Below are positions 58,944-64,000 of a stretch of DNA of 64,000 nt, piece by piece; within the stretch, counting starts at the first letter, position 1; the number at the start of each line of letters is the position of its first letter. Below the pieces are notes generated by a model. That model made no database searches. It was not told where the DNA came from and saw only the letters and a program-made list of their open reading frames with translations. The position numbers were made by a program, and so were the translations under genes. The DNA comes from a bacterium (lineage in GTDB: Bacteria > Patescibacteriota > Minisyncoccia > Phycocordibacterales > UBA6899), in contig JAYTWK010000015.1 of the NCBI GenBank assembly GCA_043743715.1, positions 6,576 to 70,575 on the forward strand, in the 5' to 3' direction.

Positions 58944-59387
58944 TTACTCAGCTTCGATGATGACTTTGAACTTCGCAGTCTTCTCTCCCACCTTCGCATC
59001 AACCTCAAATTCTCCGAGCTGTTTGAGTGGCTTCTCAAGATCGATGTGTGCCGACTCGATTGCTGCGCCGATGGCCTTGCCGAGCGCCTCCGCGAGATCG
59101 TGCTGGGTGACGCCTGCATAGAGGTGACCCTCTTCGTTGGCTGCACGCTTGACGATGACAATCGTGTCAGAAACGCCGTCGAGCGCCTTCTGGAGCACAT
59201 CGTGCTGCTTCTTTGCCTCACTCTCACGCTTCTTGGCGAGCTCTGCGACGCGTCGAGCTGACGACTTGGTGACCATCTCTCCTAAGCTCCTGGCAATAAT
59301 GAAATTACGCGCATAGCCCGGAGCGACATCGACGATTTCATACTTCTTGCCGACGTTCTTCACATCGGAAGTTAAAATAACCTGCAT
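58944..59387 (-). CDS. rplI: 50S ribosomal protein L9
   Basis: MQVILTSDVKNVGKKYEIVDVAPGYARNFII... Confidence 0.9.
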   Translation of the reverse strand: MQVILTSDVKNVGKKYEIVDVAPGYARNFIIARSLGEMVTKSSARRVAELAKKRESEAKKQHDVLQKALDGVSDTIVIVKRAANEEGHLYAGVTQHDLAEALGKAIGAAIESAHIDLEKPLKQLGEFEVDAKVGEKTAKFKVIIEAE

Positions 59388-59805
59388 AACGTAATACGTA
59401 TTTAGTTCGTATAAGACATCCTTCGAAACACGAAAGTCGATATTCGGCGCATTGCTTCGTTATCGATTTCACAAGGTCTCGGAGCAGTAGTTTTATCTAC
59501 AGCCCACTTCGACACTTGCTCATCGATGCCTCGCACTGCATCCAAATCTCGACTTTCTTGAGACTTTCTTAGGTAAATGAGTATGACGAGTACCCAACTG
59601 CGTGAGGCCTAGTATACCTATATTATAGAAAATGGCAATACAATGCTGTTGAAAGCTAAGAAAAAGGGGCTCCTTTCGGGCCCCTGTGGTTGACTGTTGG
59701 ACTGACTTTTCCGTGCGTACCGATACGCCCCTCTTTCAAGGTGGCGACGGCAATAAATATACTAAGAAAAAGACCGCCTTGAGTCAAGCTGCCTTTTCTT
59801 TTGGT

Positions 59806-61212
59806 TTACTTAACAGGAGTGACTGCCGGACTCGTCGTCGCGGTGTCCTGCTTCGGGATGATACCGGTTTTAAGTATCTTTATTGCCGCCTCGAGCTGAG
59901 GGTCGCGACCGGCCTCGACATCTTCCTTAGTGATATCAATCTTCACATCCGGGTCGATGCCGCCTGCCGAAAGATTGGTGCCGTTTGGAGTGATCCAGCG
60001 TGCGATGGTGACCTTCAGCGATGTGTCTTTGGTGATAGGCACGAGTTCCTGAACTGATCCCTTGCCGAAACTCTTGGTGCCAACCAGTGTCGCAACTCCT
60101 TGTTGCGAAAGCGCACCAGCTAAAATTTCCGCAGCGGACGCAGAGCCTCCGTCAATCAGCATCACCACATCGAGTTTCCCAAGTTTCTGATTGAGCACGT
60201 CGACGTAGCCCTTGGAACGGAAGACCTCTCCGATGCCAGTCTTCTCTTCTTCGCTCACAATGACTTTGCCTGATGGGAGGAACCAGCTTGCGATATCGAC
60301 CGCAACTTCGAGATATCCGCCAGGATTGCCGCGCACATCGATAACGAGTTTGTGATCTCCAGAATCGACGAATTCTTTGAGAGCGTTTCTGAAGAGATCA
60401 GCACCGGTTGCAGGGAATCCGTACAAGTGAATAACAAACACGTCACCCTTCTTCTCGGTGTCGATAGTAGGTACCTGTATGACTTCGCGAATAACTGTGA
60501 ATTCAAGCGGCACCTTCGAGCCTTCGCGTATCATGGTGAGGTGCACAGGCTTGCCTATCTCGCCGCGGATGAGGTAGAGCGCCTTGTCGACGTCCATATT
60601 GGTCGTTGTTGCATTGTCTATTTTGTATATCCGATCGCCCTTCTTGATGCCGGCCTTCTCAGAGGGTGAACCCTTAAGTGGAGCGATGACCGTGATGACC
60701 CCATCTTTGACTCCTATCTGCATGCCGACACCACCGAAGCTGCCGGTGACGTTCTGCTCGAAGATAGATTTCTCTTCGGGGGGCATGAAATAGGTGTATG
60801 GGTCGCCAAGCGAATTGGCCAGACCTCCGATAGCGCCCCAGAGCTTCTCCTGATTCGAGACAGCTTTGTGCTTGGTTGGGACATATTTCTCATTGATGAC
60901 ATTCCAAGCTTTCCAGAACTGCTCGAAGTCCGCGTCGCTTAAGCCCTTGTCAGTGATGCCGTCGCGACTTAAGATACACGGCACTTCTGCGCCCTTCGCA
61001 TCCATACAAGTACCAAGGTCTGAAGATGAAGATGTAGCGGTGGAGGCAGGCTGTGCGGTATGAATGGCACCAACCACCTTGTCGACTTCTTTGCCGCTCC
61101 TGTTTCCCACCATAACTCCGCCTAAGAAGAGGAGTGCGCCGACGATCACAAGAAAGATGATATGTGAAGAATTCTTGCCGGAGATCTTTTCGAGAAATTG
61201 CATGAGACCCAT
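59806..61212 (-). CDS. ctpA: Carboxyl-terminal processing protease (S41 family, PDZ-containing); the tracked ORF extends to 61383
   Basis: N-terminal TM helix. PDZ domain. S41 motifs (..LIDGGSASAAEILAGAL.., ..GTKSFGKGSVQ..). Confidence 0.8.
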   Translation of the reverse strand: MGLMQFLEKISGKNSSHIIFLVIVGALLFLGGVMVGNRSGKEVDKVVGAIHTAQPASTATSSSSDLGTCMDAKGAEVPCILSRDGITDKGLSDADFEQFWKAWNVINEKYVPTKHKAVSNQEKLWGAIGGLANSLGDPYTYFMPPEEKSIFEQNVTGSFGGVGMQIGVKDGVITVIAPLKGSPSEKAGIKKGDRIYKIDNATTTNMDVDKALYLIRGEIGKPVHLTMIREGSKVPLEFTVIREVIQVPTIDTEKKGDVFVIHLYGFPATGADLFRNALKEFVDSGDHKLVIDVRGNPGGYLEVAVDIASWFLPSGKVIVSEEEKTGIGEVFRSKGYVDVLNQKLGKLDVVMLIDGGSASAAEILAGALSQQGVATLVGTKSFGKGSVQELVPITKDTSLKVTIARWITPNGTNLSAGGIDPDVKIDITKEDVEAGRDPQLEAAIKILKTGIIPKQDTATTSPAVTPVK

Positions 61213-61313
61213 TATCGCAGATAACCAGGAAGCAGACAAATAAGATTCGCAAAATTCATAAAAAATGACCGCACCCACAGAAAGTGAGTGCGGCCTTTGA
61301 CCGACGGAGAACT

Positions 61314-61835
61314 TCAGCCTTGCCAGCGCGGAAGATAGAGCTGCGGCACATCCTTGCGCTCGCCTATTGCGTACGCGTAGCATGCGGCTGCGTCATCGAC
61401 AAAGACATTGCGCTGGTTTTCGGGAAAACGGCGCACCATCGCGATTGCGACAGCGGTCCGCTTGAAACCATAACCGCGGTAGTCACTCGCGCGGTTCATG
61501 TGTCGCAGAGTAGCTTCGATGGCTGCGAAGTCAAGCTTGAGGTCGGCATTGTTGTGCAGAAACGTTTCGCGCCAACGCTTTGAAGCCCGACGTGACCGAT
61601 AGTAGAAGGACTCAAACACAGCAGCCACCACAAGTACGAGGCAGACAGCGAGTCCAGAGTACAGCCACTCGCGGTGAATGATCCACACTTGGGGGCTTGT
61701 GAGCGCGCTGACGATACAGATGAGTACGACGAACCACAGAGCATACACCACCTCCTCGAGCTTGCTTGGCTTGTTTGAGGGATAGTTGATGTATTGCGGT
61801 TCTCCTACATGTGCGGTATGTGCGGACATGGACAT
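61314..61835 (-). CDS. Hypothetical membrane protein
   Basis: Two hydrophobic helices followed by a basic soluble region. No family assignment. Confidence 0.4.
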   Translation of the reverse strand: MSMSAHTAHVGEPQYINYPSNKPSKLEEVVYALWFVVLICIVSALTSPQVWIIHREWLYSGLAVCLVLVVAAVFESFYYRSRRASKRWRETFLHNNADLKLDFAAIEATLRHMNRASDYRGYGFKRTAVAIAMVRRFPENQRNVFVDDAAACYAYAIGERKDVPQLYLPRWQG

Positions 61836-61962
61836 GATGTATTTCCCTAAATCAGTTAAACAACAAAAAACCAGACTTTATAATACCTATTTCATATAAA
61901 TTGTCAAATTATATGTGGTAATTCATAGCCAAATAGAGTCAGAATTCGTATAATAGTTAGGT

Positions 61963-62874
61963 ATGATCTCTCGAAATAAGTATCGCGACCTGTTGTGGAT
62001 CGACGCCGAGCGCCCGACCCATGAAGAGATACGCGCGCTGATGGATGAATTCGATATTCACCCGATAGTGGCGGACGAGCTCCTCACTCCCTCACTGCGT
62101 CCCAAGGTAGACCATTACGAAAATTTCATCTACCTCATACTCCACTTCCCTGCTATCCGCCACTCACATTCAAATGTCAGCCAGGAGGTCGACTTCATCA
62201 TCGGCAAGAAGTTCATCATCACCGTGCGCTATGAGCTCCTCGACCCGCTCCACAAATTCTCGAAGGTGTTCGAGGTGAATTCAATACTCGACAAGTCAGA
62301 CATCGGCGAGCATGCCGGATTTTTGTTCTTCTATATGATCAGGAAGATCTACTCGTCGCTGCAGCATGAGCTCTCTATCATCGGCGAGCGCCTAAAGGAT
62401 GTGGAAGATCGCATCTTCAGCGGACAAGAAAGAGCAATGGTGCAGAGTCTCTCAAACACGCACCGTGACCTCCTTGCCTTCCATCGTGCGATGCGCCTGC
62501 ATAAGCCGGTACTCTCCTCGCTCGGCGTCGCATGTGAAGAATTCTTCGGCAAGGATTTCCGCCACTATACCGACAACATCATCGGCGAATATTATAAAGT
62601 AGATGAGCTTCTTGAGGATCAGAAAGAAGTCCTGAACGACCTGCGCTCAACCAATGACTCACTCCTCTCGACCAAGACCAATGAAATCATGAAGGCCTTG
62701 ACCGCCACCACATTCCTGATGCTTCCTGCCACCCTGATTGCCCAGATATTCAGTATGCAGACACAGGATATTCCCATCGTTCACCAAGCAAACAGCTTCT
62801 ATATCATTATCGGCATCATGCTTTCGGTCGCCTTTTGTACGTTCATCTTCTTCCGCAGTAAGAAGTGGTTGTGA
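61963..62874 (+). CDS. corA: CorA-family divalent cation transporter with a degenerate GMN motif (SMQ)
   Basis: C-terminal two-TM region ...LPATLIAQIFSMQTQ...YIIIGIMLSVAFCTFIFF parallels the CorA pore region (YGMNF). Confidence 0.55.
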   Translation: MISRNKYRDLLWIDAERPTHEEIRALMDEFDIHPIVADELLTPSLRPKVDHYENFIYLILHFPAIRHSHSNVSQEVDFIIGKKFIITVRYELLDPLHKFSKVFEVNSILDKSDIGEHAGFLFFYMIRKIYSSLQHELSIIGERLKDVEDRIFSGQERAMVQSLSNTHRDLLAFHRAMRLHKPVLSSLGVACEEFFGKDFRHYTDNIIGEYYKVDELLEDQKEVLNDLRSTNDSLLSTKTNEIMKALTATTFLMLPATLIAQIFSMQTQDIPIVHQANSFYIIIGIMLSVAFCTFIFFRSKKWL

Positions 62875-62885
62875 TATAATAGGTC

Positions 62886-64000
62886 ATGGCGCTCAAGCTC
62901 TACAACACTGCCTCGCGCAGCCTTGAAGTATTTACTCCACTTTCAGGTGATGCGGTCGCGCATGCCCCGTATACGGTGACGATGTATAACTGCGGGCCGA
63001 CGGTATATAACTACGTGCACATCGGCAACCTGCGCGCATATGTGTTCGCCGATATCCTGCGGCGCGCACTCGAACGCGACGGATATGACGTGAAGCAGAT
63101 AGTGAACATCACCGACGTCGGACACTTGGTCTCGGACGGTGATGAAGGCGAGGACAAGATGACGGTAGGCGCTACCCGCGAAGGCAAGAGTGTTGAAGAA
63201 ATCATCGCACTCTATTCTGACGCGTTCCATGCCGACATAAAGTCGCTGAATGTGCACATGGCGCAGAAATTCCCACGTGCAACGGCATATATAAAAGAGC
63301 AGAAAGAAATGATTGAAGTGCTCGCACAGAAAGGATTCGCGTACATCACCTCCGACGGGATTTATTTTGATACTGAAAAATTTCCCGCTTATCCTGACTT
63401 CGCCAAGCTCGATGTCTCAGGTATGCAGCCAGGCTTGCGTATCGACATGGGCGAAAAGAAAAGCAGCACCGATTTTGCATTGTGGAAATTCTCTCCCGAG
63501 GATGGCAAGCATCGCGAGCAGGAATGGGATTCCCCTCTTGATATCACGAGGAAAGGTTTCCCCGGCTGGCATATCGAATGTTCGGCCATCATTAAGACAG
63601 AGCTCGGCGATACTATTGATATCCATACCGGCGGCATCGATCATATCCCGGTCCATCACACCAATGAGATAGCGCAGAGTACTTGTGCCAACGGCGTAGA
63701 GCTCGCGCGCTTCTGGATGCACAGCGCATTCATGAATGTCGAGGGAGAGAAGATGTCGAAGTCACTCGGCAATACATATCGGCTCATCGATCTGCGTGAG
63801 CGCGGTATTCCCCCCTTAGCATTCCGCTACTGGCTCCTCACCGCGCACTATCGCACGCAAGTGAACTTCACATGGGAGGCGCTCGCCGCCGCGCAGTCCG
63901 GATACAACAAACTGACCAGTGCTGTGTACGAACTTCCGCGCGCGACCGATGCATCACCGATAAAAGAGTACATGGATGAATTCGTCGCCACCCTTGAAGA
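62886..64000 (+). CDS. cysS: Cysteinyl-tRNA synthetase, 3'-partial; runs off the window end
   Basis: MYNCGPTVYNYVHIGNLRAYV (HIGH). KMSKSLGN is in frame at 63753. Confidence 0.9.
   Translation, partial: MALKLYNTASRSLEVFTPLSGDAVAHAPYTVTMYNCGPTVYNYVHIGNLRAYVFADILRRALERDGYDVKQIVNITDVGHLVSDGDEGEDKMTVGATREGKSVEEIIALYSDAFHADIKSLNVHMAQKFPRATAYIKEQKEMIEVLAQKGFAYITSDGIYFDTEKFPAYPDFAKLDVSGMQPGLRIDMGEKKSSTDFALWKFSPEDGKHREQEWDSPLDITRKGFPGWHIECSAIIKTELGDTIDIHTGGIDHIPVHHTNEIAQSTCANGVELARFWMHSAFMNVEGEKMSKSLGNTYRLIDLRERGIPPLAFRYWLLTAHYRTQVNFTWEALAAAQSGYNKLTSAVYELPRATDASPIKEYMDEFVATLE

Overview
This 64-kb window reads as a compact, gene-dense bacterial chromosome segment, mostly on the + strand. It has few Shine-Dalgarno sequences, a short AlaRS and a short (archaeal/eukaryal-type) AspRS, which suggests a reduced-genome lineage (CPR/Patescibacteria-like); this is inference. 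The housekeeping backbone comprises cell-wall genes (mltG, murC, mraY, ftsW, murG, a DacA-like PBP, an M23 peptidase, ctpA), a ribosomal/transcription block (infA-rpmJ-rpsM-rpsK-rpsD-rpoA-rplQ, then rplM-rpsI), the grpE-dnaK-dnaJ chaperone genes, five aminoacyl-tRNA synthetases (alaS, trpS, aspS, gltX, cysS), scpA-scpB, pyrH, tsaC, mnmA and galU. Several accessory or unusual elements are embedded in this backbone. (1) At 28.0-33.8 kb there is a divergently organised cluster: a cupin, an E1-like (ThiF/MoeB/MccB-like) adenylyltransferase with an N-terminal extension, a PaaK/F390-synthetase-like adenylate-forming ligase, a SagB/McbC-like split-nitroreductase dehydrogenase and an orphan 7TM histidine kinase. 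This is the best candidate for an undescribed peptide or small-molecule modification system. (2) An MmeI-like type IIG/IIL restriction-modification enzyme with an internal compositional break sits next to a ParA-like ATPase. (3) A 2.1-kb AT-rich island carrying a NUDIX hydrolase, a histidine-phosphatase-like protein and a nucleotidyltransferase is flanked by a 29-nt direct repeat. (4) A T-box leader upstream of aspS carries a GAC specifier. Its roughly 86-nt stem-I-like core recurs upstream of rpmA without an antiterminator, and three helices covary between the two copies. (5) A tRNA-Pro(GGG) is followed by a duplicated tRNA 3' half and an adjacent low-GC accessory block. (6) A GNAT gene is interrupted by an in-frame TAA. 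(7) Tandem TACTAC/TTACTAC tracts recur immediately upstream of several start codons. No rRNA genes or CRISPR arrays were seen.
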